64,000 bases of DNA from Octopus sinensis (lineage: Eukaryota). This document shows, one piece after another, positions 13,024 to 25,997 of the stretch (its first letter is position 1; each line of letters starts with the position of its first letter). Under the pieces are notes generated by a model. It was not told the origin of the DNA and did not search any database. It saw nothing but the letters and a program-made list of their open reading frames with translations. The stretch is from NCBI RefSeq assembly GCF_006345805.1, contig NC_043004.1, positions 16,182,001-16,246,000 of the forward strand, read 5' to 3'. A program made the translations under genes and the position numbers.

Positions 13024-13214
13024 AGTAGAGCGAGTTGCCACATCGAAGTGGCAGCTGAATATTACAACTAGTTTAACCCCGAATAGATTCTCCGCCAGCT
13101 AGATTCCTGACGGATGCAGAACGTTGCATCGGAAACCAGCCGGCGGAGAAAGTGCCTGGGGTTAAACTAGTAGTAACATTCTCCTGTCACTTTGACGTGG
13201 CTACTCGCTCTGCT
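13024..13214. repeat. ~190-nt imperfect hairpin with an HHR-like core in the loop
   Basis: Arms 13024-13100 and 13138-13214; loop contains CTGACG GATGCA GAACGT TGCATC G GAAAC. Confidence 0.8.
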
Positions 13215-14199
13215 ATATAATTAAGATTCGGTGGAATTAGGTACTTAAATTGAGGCACCAAGCCAGTTCGGTATAACCCTTGCAGTTCGAAGTTAGGTGA
13301 ACAACATGCAAATAAATAACAAATGCCTTGATACCTGGACATCTGTATTACGTATTTGCATATATATATATAAACATTACTGTCACAACCTGGGACTTAG
13401 AAGACTGCTTAAATGAAAGAAAGTATACTACTACCTTAATATTTGATATTCAATATTTCATCTATTCAATAAGACAATTAATACTTCATTTCATCTTACT
13501 ATATATATTATTTATACTATATATTCTATATTCTACATTAATATTATAAAGAATATAAATAAAACACAAAAAAACAGAGTTGGAATTCCTTTGAATAATA
13601 TATATATATATATACATTTAAACACATAAGTGGTATCCTTCATAGGATTCCTTTCACGATAGAAGGAACAGCTAAAGTCCAAACCATTATTAGGGTTAAA
13701 AACATGAATGGAATGAAAAATTAAAACATTTACCATCTATTTTCTGGACCATGGTTTCTGACTTTTTTTAGAAATAAAATAATTTGCTAGGCGAAGTTTT
13801 CATCAACAGGTACGCCCAGATTAAACACATAAGTACGACGCAAATCAAGCATGTGCCATTTGCTTATACATTATATTTTCCAAATCCACCGCGCAAGCGC
13901 AGTTTTATTTTACAAGGATTCAGTAACCAAAAATAAGTGAATATATTGCGCCGGCAAATACATTCATCAGACGGATGCATTTAGTGAAATGAGATTCGCA
14001 GATGCCTGTGTGAAGATGCCTTTCGCTGAATTTGCCTCTTATAGTGATATTGTAAATTATTTCCCTCAGTAACAGGAGCTTTATTATTATTCACCACTTT
14101 TCTCGTTTACAACCAATTGCTCTCCGCCGTGTATTTTTACACAATATAATGTATTAGTATAGGGTAGATAGGAGAAGACAAGCGTCTAGATTTATATTG

Positions 14200-14556
14200 T
14201 TTTCTACTCTAGGCACAAGGCCCGAAATTTTGGGGGAGGTGGGTACGAAACTGGTACTTAATTTTTCGACCCAGAAAGGTTGAAAGACAAAGTCGACCTC
14301 GGTAGAATGTAGCGACGGGCCAAATACCTATTTCTTTACTATCCACAAGGGGCTAAACATAGAGGGGATAAACAAGGACAGACATAAGTATTAAGTCGAT
14401 TACATCGACCCCAGCGCGTAACTGGTACTTAATTTATCGACCCCGAAAGGATGAAAGGCAAAGTCGACCTCGGCGGCATTTGAACTCAGAATGTAACGAG
14501 AGACGAAATACCGCAAAGCATTTCGCCCGGCGTGCTAACGTTTCTGCCAGCTCGCC
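14200..14556 (-). mobile_element. tRNA-derived SINE with internal duplication
   Basis: Repeated ATCGACCCCGAAAGGATGAAAGGCAAAGTCGACCTCGG units; B-box-like GAGTTCAAAT on minus strand; same family at 37.9, 47.3-48.0 and 60.1 kb. Confidence 0.85.
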
Positions 14557-15281
14557 GACTTTGTCTGGATTTATATTGTGGATTTGGGAGGTTGTTGATA
14601 CATAAAGAAAATATAGATTGAATAATAATCTTCCGATTTACAGTTAAGTTTTGTAGTAATTGTTCATGTTAAGTTGTGATTGGGATTTATCAAGTGATTA
14701 GAGTTTAGTCAATAATTAATTAATTTTAGCATGCCTTAATTGCCAATTACAACACCATCTGGATGCGTAGTCGGCAATTACTATGTGATCAATTACTTTT
14801 TTCCTGGGGAAATTATTCATATGACAATAAGAGCTTAAGGCATTGAGTTGTAATAAATCGCTTAGTTTACAATTTATACTTCTGTGACAAGCAGAGGCGC
14901 TATCTATTTCAGCCATTATGAATAATATGGCTGCAGTTTGAACGAGCCTTTCAAGATACTTATGATACTCTTTATATTAATATATAAAGACTCCAGAGAT
15001 AGTGTTGATCATATCTCTAGCTGTAAAGGAGCGAGCGGCGGCCATTACATCTAATTCAACATATATTTTACCTTGAATCCTATATGATTCATTAGAATAG
15101 TAGCGGCAAAAGGTGTATTTGCTTCATGACAAAGTAAATAACTTGGGCAATTACATGGAAATTACACACTGGGGATTTATCATTATACATCTTTTATAAG
15201 GTCCTTCATTTCTACAGTTTTGTACGTTTGCCTACTAAGAACCTTCTATCGAGTGTTTCATACTTTACTCCCTATATATAC

Positions 15282-15283
<2 letters not shown>

Positions 15284-15342
<59 letters not shown>

Positions 15343-15396
15343 TACATATACATACACACATGCATGCATGCATACATACATACATACATACATACA

Positions 15397-15432
<36 letters not shown>

Positions 15433-15465
15433 TATATTATATATTATATATATATATATAAATAT
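15284..15465. repeat. (CA)n/(CG)n/(CATA)n/(TA)n compound microsatellite
   Basis: Direct inspection. Confidence 0.9.
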
Positions 15466-15699
15466 ATAAATTAGCTGTGAAAGATTTCAGAACATTTATA
15501 AATAAAAGATCTTCCAGCTGTTTCCAGAATATTTTATATATCCCTTCATCGGAGACGGTGTGAGAAGATGGTTAAGCAATAGTTATTCTAGATAAGATAT
15601 GGAATACAGAGTGAAGTGGAGGAATGAAAATAGACGGGAGATATGCAGGGATATTGTATCTTCAGTTCCATAATTTAGGCAGAATTGTATACATATAAG

Positions 15700-17225
15700 A
15701 GTATCTCTCAGCATATCTTTCACAACTCTAAGTATCTTACTCACCTCCTTCACTTTATATCCTATTTCCTCAGCCAAAGCCCCCATCCGTCGTCACATGT
15801 GATACCAGATACTTAAGAACACTCAATTCCTCTAACATCTCACCATTTATACATCCTACCAGCCATTCCATCTCATCACCTTACTCTTAGTTACATTCAC
15901 TTTCAGTTTCCTCCTTTCATACACTCTTCCACACCCTACCACCATCTCCTCAGTTGCTCTTCCGAATCCACCACCAGTGCTGCATATCATCAGCAAACAA
16001 CAACTGAATCACCTGCCATTTCTCTCCATTTTCTCCCACTATCCACCTACCGAATGTTCTAGCATTTACCTCTCTCAAAACACCGTACATACATAAATTA
16101 AACAGCCTTGGAGACATCACAAAACACTGTTTAAACCTTACCTTCACATCAAACTACTCACTTACTTCACCACCCACCCTATCGCACGCCCTACTTTCTA
16201 TATAAAAAAAACTCTCTACAGCTCTCAACAATCTACCATCTACTCTATATAACCGCAATACCTGCCACATTGCATCTCTATCTACACGGTCATATACATT
16301 CTCTAGGTCCATAAAGGTTCAATACACCTCCCTCCTTTTGCCAAAATCTTTCTACATATCTACCTTACTACAAATATTTGATCTGCATAATCCCTTCCAC
16401 TCCTAAGACTGCACTGCTCCTCCTCAAGTACACTCTCTGTCTGGTTCCTTACAGTTACAATCAAAATTCTCCTATACAATTTACCAACCACACACAACAG
16501 ACTTATACCCCTAAAATTTCCACACTCACAGTTATTCCCTTGTACAGTGGCACTATACACGCACTGCACCAGTCCTCTTCCAACCATATAGCAAACATCC
16601 ATAAGCCTCATCAAACATTCAATCACTGTAACTGCTCATTTCTTTAGGCATTCCAGTGTACACCCATCCCTACCTGGCGCCTTACGGTTTGCCAGGTTCC
16701 GCAAGGATTTCCTCACCCTCCGCCCTTCCAATTGCACTGTAGTTCCAGTCCCCAAACAGCAGGCATCCTTCTCTCTCCTCCTAAAGCCACTACACTTGCA
16801 TACCTAACAACCTCCACATTTAACAGCTCATTAAAATACTCTGCATATTTCCTTTGAACATCCTTACTTCCTTTTAACAAATCTCCATTTACAACTTTCA
16901 CCCATTCTTCCCATCTTCCAACCACCTTTCTTACCCTTTGTACTTCTTTCCTAAACATCATTTTTATTTCTTACAATATTTTCACTCAACTTTTCTCCGA
17001 ATCTTTTACTCGCCTCCCATTTCGCCACCATCAACACTCTCTTTACACTCATCTTCCCTTCTCTGTAGCGATCATAAACCTCCCCATCTCTTTTCTGCAA
17101 CAACTCTTCAAAGGCCCTTTTCTTCTCTGCCAACAGATCACTTACCTGCTCATTACACCACTCCCTACCATTCCAACCACTCCTGTGCCACATACCTCAG
17201 AGGTACATACCCTTCGGAGCGAAAG
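15700..17225 (-). mobile_element. Degenerate 5'-truncated RTE-clade LINE (RT remnant)
   Basis: Broken ORFs with NFRGISLLCVVGKLY, EEQCSLRSGRDYADQIF, MSPRLFNLCM and QLLFADD; many stops and frameshifts. Confidence 0.85.
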
Positions 17226-17284
17226 GATTAGGAATCCATTCCTCCTAGTTACTTCATATTCCTAAAAAGACAACAAATAAAATC

Positions 17285-17507
17285 CAAATAAACACACGCA
17301 CTATATATTTTTCTTTACTCGTGTATTACTGTCCTTATCCTAACCCATGTCCATTGTCCGGAAATGCGAGAGCACAAACGAGCAGGAAAAGTGTTTCTGA
17401 AGAGGTCACAGGTGTGTGATGAAAGAATCCTGGACAAGGGACATGAGTTAAATTAAAAACCGTAACAAACGAGTGAAGAACTAATATATAGTGCGTGTGT
17501 TTATTTG
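17285..17507. repeat. Diverged inverted repeat enclosing an HHR-like core (PLE pseudo-LTR-like)
   Basis: Arms 17285-17359 and 17431-17507; spacer CTGAAGA G GTCAC AGGTGT GTGAT GAAA; homologous to 53031-53300. Confidence 0.75.
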
Positions 17508-17519
17508 ACCAAAAAATGA

Positions 17520-19711
17520 CCGTCTCAAAATACAATATCACTAGTCAAGAACAAAAGTGAACACATCCCACACAGAGGAAGAAATAAAGATCTTGACGAA
17601 TTCTGTAACCACATTGAGAACTTTCCCTACCATACTATACATAAACAGAAAGTTAACTCAAATTTTAACACTACACAATGGAAAGAACTGATAGAACTTC
17701 AAAATGATGAGGATATAACCATTAAGGAAGCAGACAAGGGAAATGCAGTTGTAATAATGGATACGTCATACTACAGAAATCTTGTAATTCCCTTGCTTGA
17801 TGACGACCTACATTATGAAAAAATTACCAACTACACCCCACAAAAAATAATGAAAACTCTATCTTCACTAATTAAAACCCATGAAAAGGAACTAACAACC
17901 AAAGAGATTGACTTTCTAACAAACTTTAAATGCAAACCTAGCCTTTTCTATGGTCTGCCAAAAATTCATAAAAGTCAAATTATAAATGAAACCATTAAAA
18001 AATCACCAAAGTCATACATACACACACCTAACCCGGGGGACCTAAAACTACGACCCATTGTAGCTGGCCCAACCTGTGAAACACACAGACTAAGTCTATT
18101 TATGGACATCCTCCTGAAACCCTTCCTTAAACATATCGATAGCCATATCAGAGATGACTTAGATATGTTAAACCACCTTCCAAAAAAACCAAGGGAGAAA
18201 CAATCCTGGTTTCATTTGATGTAGTTAACTTATATACCAGTATACCTCATAATTATGGACTAGAGGCAATACAGTTCTGGCTGGACCAATTTCTGGAAGA
18301 AATACCAAAAAGGATCAGTAAAGAATTCATTACTAAATCAATTGAATTCATCCTACACAATAACCACTTCATGTTTGACAATACATTTTGCCGTCAAAAA
18401 TCCGGAATTGCTATGGGTACAAGGGCAGCACCAGTCATTGCGAACCTAACAATGGGCTACATGGAAATAATCATTTACCAGGAATCTTTATCAATCTTTG
18501 GAAACTCCCTTTCTCAATACATAAAAGAGAATTGGAAACGATTCCTAGACGATTGTTTTATACTCTGGAATGAAAACACAGATAAACTCCTAAAATTTAA
18601 AAACCTATTGAACAGCATAAACCCAAATATACAGTTCACAATGGAATACAACCAAAAGGAGCTCCCGTTCTTGGATATACTAATTAAAAAAATTAACCTT
18701 AAAATAGAAACAGACATTTTTTACAAAGCCACAGACGCCAAACAATACCTTCTTTTTAATTCATGCCACCCAAGACACACTAAAACAAACATCCCCTTCA
18801 ACCTTGCAAGAAGGATATGCACAATAGTGTCAGAACAAAATACCAGGAACTTTAGACTGCAAGAACTCAAAAACACCCTAATTGACAGACGTTACCCAAC
18901 TCAACACATAGAGGATGTGATCAGACGTGCAACAGAAATCAACATAGAAACTTTAAGAAAAGTTCAACACAACAACACACCTTCCCCGAAAATACTACCT
19001 TACATATCTACATACAACCCCAGAAACAAAGAAGCCTTCACCATCATCACCCAGAATTTACCAATACTTCATAAGGACCCCAAATTAAAGGAAATTCTAA
19101 ACATACACCAAATCATTAAAAGCTACAAACAACCCAAATCACTTAAAAAGATTCTCACAAAGGCAAAATTGCCTTCTGAAATTACGGATGCAAAAGTAAA
19201 AAAATGTGGTAGATCGAACTGTGCAACATGTCCAAACCTGCTAGAAGGATCAGAATTCCTCTTTAAAGAGGGACAGAAATTCAAGATCAAATCTAACTTT
19301 ACTTGTGCCTCTGAAAACATAATTTATGTCATAAAATGCTCGGGCTGCCACCAAGACTACGTGGGATCCACGGGACTATCACTCAGACGTAGATGCACAC
19401 TGCATCGACAACAGATTGCATTCCCAGAATACAGAATGATACCTTTTAGTGAGCACATTGAGAAATGCGCAAAGCAACTACTACCACAATTTTTAATCTT
19501 TCCATTTTACCAATGTGCTATCGGATCATCAACACAAATTAGACTAAACAAGGAAACATTCTTCATTGAAAAGTACAAGCCCAGACTTAACCATCCCAAC
19601 ATACTGATACAGAGAAATTCACACCAAGGGAAAGGAAACATTTTTAAGCGATTATCTCCCTTACACCGGAAGAAATCACTCATTGCCTCCCCTTATTTAG
19701 AACTCTTTTGA
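17520..19711 (+). pseudogene. PLE reverse transcriptase / GIY-YIG endonuclease, ~730 codons with one -1 frameshift at 18182-18188
   Basis: ADKGNAVVIMD, FYGLPKIHK, LRPIV, LVSFDVVNLYTSIP, GIAMGT, RFLDD, LPFLDI, NSCHP; CGRSNCATC linker; NIIYVIKC..C..DYVGST GIY-YIG motif. Confidence 0.92.
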
Positions 19712-19888
19712 GCATAAACATAACAATAACTCTATTCAACATAAAAGCTAAATGCGAAACCGGTCTTTCTTCAAAACTATGTCATTATAAGAGGAAAAAT
19801 TTTTTTTTAATATTCTTCAGACATATTGACGCAAATATATATTTTTTAACATTTAAGCCTTCTGTATTTTTTTCACTTTTTACAATTT

Positions 19889-19890
<2 letters not shown>
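17520..19890 (+). mobile_element. Penelope-like retroelement (Neptune-like), N-terminally incomplete
   Basis: RT plus GIY-YIG ORF; 3' UTR with GAAACCGGTC; ends in (CT)n(TA)n. Confidence 0.95.
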
Positions 19891-19960
<70 letters not shown>

Positions 19961-19961
<1 letters not shown>

Positions 19962-20351
19962 AAATTAGAGATAAAACCATTATTAGGCAAATCATACAAT
20001 CAAAAACTTAAGCCAATACATAAGATTAATTAATTTATATTATTTTAAATATATATCGAAATTATTAAAAAAAGATATTAGTATAACACTACGATCGTTT
20101 CATGGCTGTCCAATTTGTAAAAATTCGAGTTACAGTCATTCTTCAGGTGATTGAAATATCAGACTCTATATTCAATAAACCATTAAATATTTATTAAAAA
20201 TATATTTAGTAATAAAATATTTAGTAATAAAATGAACAACTATATATAATCCAACTATAATTAAAAGCAGAACCTAAATAACTAAAATAAACTAATATAA
20301 TAAGTACTGCAAATCACCTGGTATATTTATAATACTATTACATAATACTAT

Positions 20352-20355
<4 letters not shown>
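19961..20355 (-). mobile_element. Short PLE-terminus-like fragment between (TA)n tracts
   Basis: Boundary AAATTAGAGATAAAACCA resembles those at 4139 and 52336; carries the HHR at 20087-20149. Confidence 0.55.
20087..20149 (-). ncRNA. Type-I hammerhead ribozyme, canonical core, palindromic stem III
   Basis: CAC CUGAAGA AUGACUGU [22-nt loop] ACAGCCAU GAA ACGAUCGU A GUG; predicted cleavage after GUA at 20090. Confidence 0.7.
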
Positions 20356-20425
<70 letters not shown>

Positions 20426-20466
20426 TATATATATATACACACAAACATAATATGTGTGTGTGTGTA

Positions 20467-21728
20467 CGGGGGTTGGACAAAATAATGGAAACACCTAGCA
20501 TCATAGGATCATAATTTTGAGATATCTATAAAACCGTCAAATGTTTGTTAAATTTTTTATTTTCTTTGATTTATTATTAGTGTTTCATAATATGTTTTGC
20601 TAAAATTGCTATTTCTTTTCAGATATCATCAGAAAACGTAATTGAAATTCATTAAAATGACAAATCTATCAGACTTTCAAAGAGGTCAAATTGTTGGTGC
20701 TGGTATGTCAGGCGCTAGCGCGTAACGAAAATAGCCGAAGTGTTTGATGAATCAAGAACTAATGTTTCGAATGTAATGACAGCATTTGAGAAAGAGGGAA
20801 GAAATCTCCGGAAGAAAACCCAAACTTTTAGATAGGGACCGTCAGACTCTTCACGATTTGTTAGAAAGGATCAACAAGTACAGCACCGCAAATTACTGCA
20901 GAGCTTAATGACCACCTCGAGAACCTAGCTTCCACAAAAACTGCTCTCCGGGAGCTGCACAAAGCCGGATTCTACGAAAGGGCTGCAATCAGAAAACTAC
21001 TACTTTCAAAAACAAACATTGCAAAGCGTTTAGAGTGAAGTAAATACCTACAGAATTAGTCCCTAGGGCAGTGGAAGAATGTTATGTTCTCAGACGAATC
21101 ATCCTTTGCCTTATTTCCGACCACCGGCCGAGTATACGTGTGGAGACAATCAAAAGAAGCATTTGACTCAGACTGCCTTCTCCCAACTGTTAAATATGGA
21201 GGAGGATCTGTGATGATCTGGGGGACTATATCTTAGAAATCCTCCGGCCCAATGCCCTCCCCCCTTCATGACAGAAGTAACAGTCAAGACTATTTAAGCA
21301 TTTTATCTGAGCAAATTCATCCTATGCTCGCGGGACTGTTTCCGGAGGGAAACGCAATCTCTCAGGATGATAATGCACCGATTCACACAGCTAAAGTGGT
21401 ACTGAATGGCATGAGGAAATTTCTAGTGAAGTTGAACATCTTATCTGGCCACCACCGTTCACAGATCTCAATATTATTGAACATTTATGGTGCATTTAAA
21501 AAAAAAAACAAGCAATGAGTTGATATCCTCCACCATCATCACTACAAGAACTGGAGATTGTTTTAGCTGAAGAATGGACAAACATTTCTTTGGAAACAAT
21601 TCAAACTTTGTACGAGTCCTTACCTGGTATAATTCAAGCTTTAATTACAGACAAAGGCGTTCTTATCCCACATTAAAATTAATTTGTTTGAAAATTTAAG
21701 GTGTTTCCATTATTTTGCCCAACCCCTG
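20467..21728 (+). mobile_element. Full-length but decayed Tc1-like (DD34E) transposon
   Basis: ~30-bp TIRs CGGGGGTTGGACAAAATAATGGAAACACCT / AGGTGTTTCCATTATTTTGCCCAACCCCTG; transposase remnants SDES, GGGSVMIWG, QDDNAPIH, LNIIEHLW. Confidence 0.92.
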
Positions 21729-21734
21729 AATATA

Positions 21735-22090
21735 TTGGCTCCTTAGGTCTTGCCAGACGGTCTAAGCAGCAGGGAATGTCTTCAGTACTCATGTTCTTTT
21801 TCCTTATGTTTACTAAACAAGTTCTGCTATAAAATCTGCAAGCATGTAAGTTACTGTAAGACTGCGGTAGGTTGACTTTCTCTCTTCGGCTTTCTGCTTC
21901 TACGGCCACGATCTTTTCTTCCTCAAGCCGTTCAACTCCCTTATTCACTGAGGTTTTCCATGCCGTTCTCTTCTCAGCCAAACTTTCCCAAGCCTTTACT
22001 CTCATGTGGTACTTGGTAAGGCTGCTCTTGCATGTGTCCTCAAATCTCAGGTTTGGTCGTCTTCTGGATCTGCTACCCTGAGCGAACTCG
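21735..22090 (-). mobile_element. RTE-like LINE 3' ORF fragment
   Basis: RRPNLRFEDTCKSSL..WESLAEKRTAWKTSV resembles the RTE C-terminus. Confidence 0.6.
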
Positions 22091-22114
22091 CTTATATTTT
22101 TCCATATATGTGCT

Positions 22115-22121
22115 ATATATA

Positions 22122-22185
<64 letters not shown>

Positions 22186-22290
22186 GTGTGTGTGTGTGTG
22201 TGTGTATGTGTGTCTGTGTGTGTCTGTGTGTCTGTCTGTGTCTTGTGTACGTGTGTAATGCGCGCGCGTATGTATGTATGTGTGTATGCA
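22115..22290. repeat. (TA)n/(TG)n compound microsatellite
   Basis: Direct inspection. Confidence 0.9.
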
Positions 22291-22792
22291 TTGAAAAATA
22301 AGAATAAAAATATGTTTAGAGAACTTTATCATGGAAAACAGAAAGACAATCAGTATGATTTTTAACTTGGCAGCTACTGATTTCGGTTGTTTAAGCCAAT
22401 GACTGCATGCTTCAGTAAAATGAGAAAACAACTTAAATATATTAAGTTAAACTTTCACAATATTATTTTTGCAAGTCACATTTTTTGGCATACAAATTAC
22501 ACGGTGCTGTATCTTGTTTCCTCCCAATCAATGCTAGTTCGTAGAGGCAGCCGGTTTCTAAAGGCGACGGTAGCCACTTCTATTAGTGGTAGGAAGAAAA
22601 ATAGTAGCTGTAGCATAGTTTTGTGATGATTGTTGCCTCCCTCGGTTGATGAAAGTAGTAGCAGTTGGTTTTGCTGGTAGTTGTGGTAAAAGAAGGCTAG
22701 TAGTAGTAGTAGTAGTAGTAGCGGCAGCAGTAACACTTAGTGCTCCCTGCTTCTAGTAGCAGTGGTGCTGTCTCGTAGCTGTTTTCCATGTA

Positions 22793-23974
22793 TTGCTTGA
22801 GGAATAATTCATGAGCGGTTTTTTTTTTTGTTTTCAAATTTAAAAATACACGCAGAAATAAAACACATTGGCAAAATGTTTTTTGCTATTTAAAAGATCA
22901 TTTTTTGTTCTATAAGGTATATTTTTGTATATTTTCAGATGATTAAAATGGAATGTCAAGTAGGCAAAACTGAGCATTTTCGACAGCATTTGCTTTTTGC
23001 ACTTAATCGAGGTATTAAGGCCGCCGAACCTGCTCGTGAGTTCTGTGCTATATATCGAAAAGAAGCAATGCCTCAAAGTACCACCCACCATTGGTTTTCG
23101 CGCATCAAAAATGGGAATTTTTACCTCAAGTACAGATCACATTTGAGTTCGATGAAGAGCGGTCGACAAAGTGAGTTCGAAAATCCACGTCAAATGACCA
23201 GAGAATTGGTGAAGTAGATGGATTTTGATAAAAAAAAATCTGTGGTGAACCACCATCATCTAATGGGCAAGGCTCAGAAACTCGGCGCTTGGGTGCCACG
23301 CACTTTGAGCACAAACAACAAAAATCGACGCTCCACAATCGCCGCCAATTTGCTCGCGTGACATCGCACAACACATTGTCATAAACAACGTTTTCCTTAG
23401 CGCACTGTCACTGAGAGGAAATATTGTACCTTTACGTCAAAATGAGGCAGCGAAAAGAATGGCTCAGCCCCGACAAACAAGCGACACCACGAGCAAAACA
23501 AGACCTTTATACTCGAAAGTTCATGTTGTGTGTATGGTGGGACTGGGAAAGCATAATTCATTATGAACTGCTTGAGAGCAACCAACCATTAAATGCGGAG
23601 CTCTACGTTCAAACACTGCATCGACTCAACGAAGTAATTCAGCAAAAAAGCCCGAATAGGCGAATTGGCGTTCTTCTGTAACAAAACATTGCGCGTTCTC
23701 ACATCGCCATTACGACCAAATCCGCAATTCTAGTCGAATGGGAAGTATTGCCTCATCGTCCATATTCTTCAGCTACGTGGAATTGAGGGCTTGTTTGCAC
23801 GAATGCTTTCAGTCAAGACCGGGAGATTTTCGTCGCCGAGACATCGAAAAACTTAATGAACAACAGGAAGAAGTCGTAATCAACAACGGAGAGTATATTA
23901 TTGATTGATTTGTTGTAAATCTTTTATTTGAAATAAATTTAAGAAAAACGCTCATGAATTATTCCTCAGCCCAA
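22793..23974 (+). mobile_element. Decayed mariner transposon with both TIRs and TA TSD
   Basis: TA|TTGCTTGAGGAATAATTCATGAGCG ... CGCTCATGAATTATTCCTCAGCCCAA|TA; N-terminal HTH (EHFRQHLLF), WVPRTL, MLCVWWD, NAELYV. Confidence 0.92.
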
Positions 23975-24717
23975 TACATTGTAGTTTGTAAAATCTACGA
24001 CCTACCAGTAATCTTATAGTAGATTCCAATCTACAACACAAGTAAGTAATTGTAATGTTGTCCTCATCATGTGTAGCAGTACTGTCGGCGTTATTTGTTG
24101 TTGTCTCCCTTCCTCTGCCGGAGAAAAGCACAAGTGGCTGGGGATTGATAGTGAAAAATGTTTCTTTGTTAGTGTGTTGAGCTGCCATCAAACCTACCAA
24201 GGTGAAGAAAATGACAAATTTTGATTCTTTATTTCTTGTACAGGTGTCTAAATGATTATTGGCTCCTATTTTTCTGTATTCCAGTATTTCCTGAATACTA
24301 AATTTTTGCGCTCATATCGATTAAGGATGATGTGTAACTCATGGAAAAATAGTGTGTCCCTCCCAGTTTTTAGAGCTTTATGTCACATATGTTTATATCA
24401 GATACTATTGTACAAAACCATGTTGCTGGGTTATACCTCCGATTGCACGAACTGAATGAAAAATAATGCTTGTATTTCGAAATATTATAATAAGTCTCCG
24501 TTTATATTAGTATTTTGACTTTCGCCAGAAGGATGTCCAAAATTGAGAGTTGCTTAAGGGAGTATATTCCATGGTGAATTGAATATTTTCATTAATTCCA
24601 TTGAGAAATGCTTCGAACTTTATTAGCTTTTGTATGATTGCATTCCACATATTGAAGCAATCATTACGATGCTTTTTCCAGTTTTGTTGAATGTATTTGA
24701 AGAGTTTATATATAATT

Positions 24718-24900
<183 letters not shown>

Positions 24901-25965
24901 TCTGCGTGCATAGACGTAACAATGTATACGCTTCCGCTTAATTATTTTACCTTTTACTGGAACTCCGAATATAGTAAGTTACCTAATATGCGTTTATTTC
25001 CACACTTGTGTGTCAAGGTAAAACAATGAATTAGATCAATTTGAGTTTGTAAACATCTGAGATACCATTCGTTTCACCTATTTGTGGCATATTTTAGGCC
25101 GTCATTTATATATCCTAGCTATTATATATACACCTTTCCATATATGGTTGTGTGTATGTATCTGCTTTTCGCATTGTGAAAGTAGGTCTTTTTGTTTTTG
25201 TATATATATATATATATATATAACCTTTTTAAGAAACTATTTCAGCTAAGTATTAAGACAGTTTATGAGAATGTTATTGTTCAATTATAATCTATTTACT
25301 GTGCAGTTATGGCTTAAATCAACAATGGTGCGTATCAAACCGTTTTTCTCTGTGACCAGGAAACGTAATGGGAAACGCTAAAAACTAGATTTATTCTTCA
25401 AGCTCTTACCCATAGAATTTGTAAACATTAGAAGTTAGATCAGATTTATTTCGTAAAAGGTGGCGTTTTAAAAGATATCATAATTCAGGTACTGGGTACT
25501 GCATTCATTGACTTCAATGATTGCCAGAAAACATTACTTTATATATGATCATTAATTTTCATTATAAAAACATTAGATTTTATGCTATGAGAATGAGTTT
25601 TAGAAATTAATATTCAAATTAATTCATTCTCGTTTGCAATTGTACTTCCTTCATAAAGTATATTTCCTTTGCCCAAATGTAATTATCATGCGTGATTTTA
25701 CTTTCAACTGTCGTATTTACGATTGCCAATGGCAATTCTTTTAAAATCACAATTGGCTGCACTCACGAAACTTCTGTATATCATAAAAAGTCAACAATAA
25801 GAACATCCAGCAAATACATTTTCTTATGCAGCGTCGTAAATTTCGTTTTCATTTTCTATTATTCACATTTTTAGTGATGTAGACACGCTGAATAGCCCGA
25901 GATGTTTCTCTTTGGGGGTACAATCAAACGATATAATAGTTTCGTATCGCAGAGAACATTTTTCG

Positions 25966-25966
25966 C

Positions 25967-25997
<31 letters not shown>

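Noticed and set aside
21679-22431. 250-aa minus-strand ORF
   Set aside because: Chance fusion of microsatellite, RTE fragment and Tc1 end
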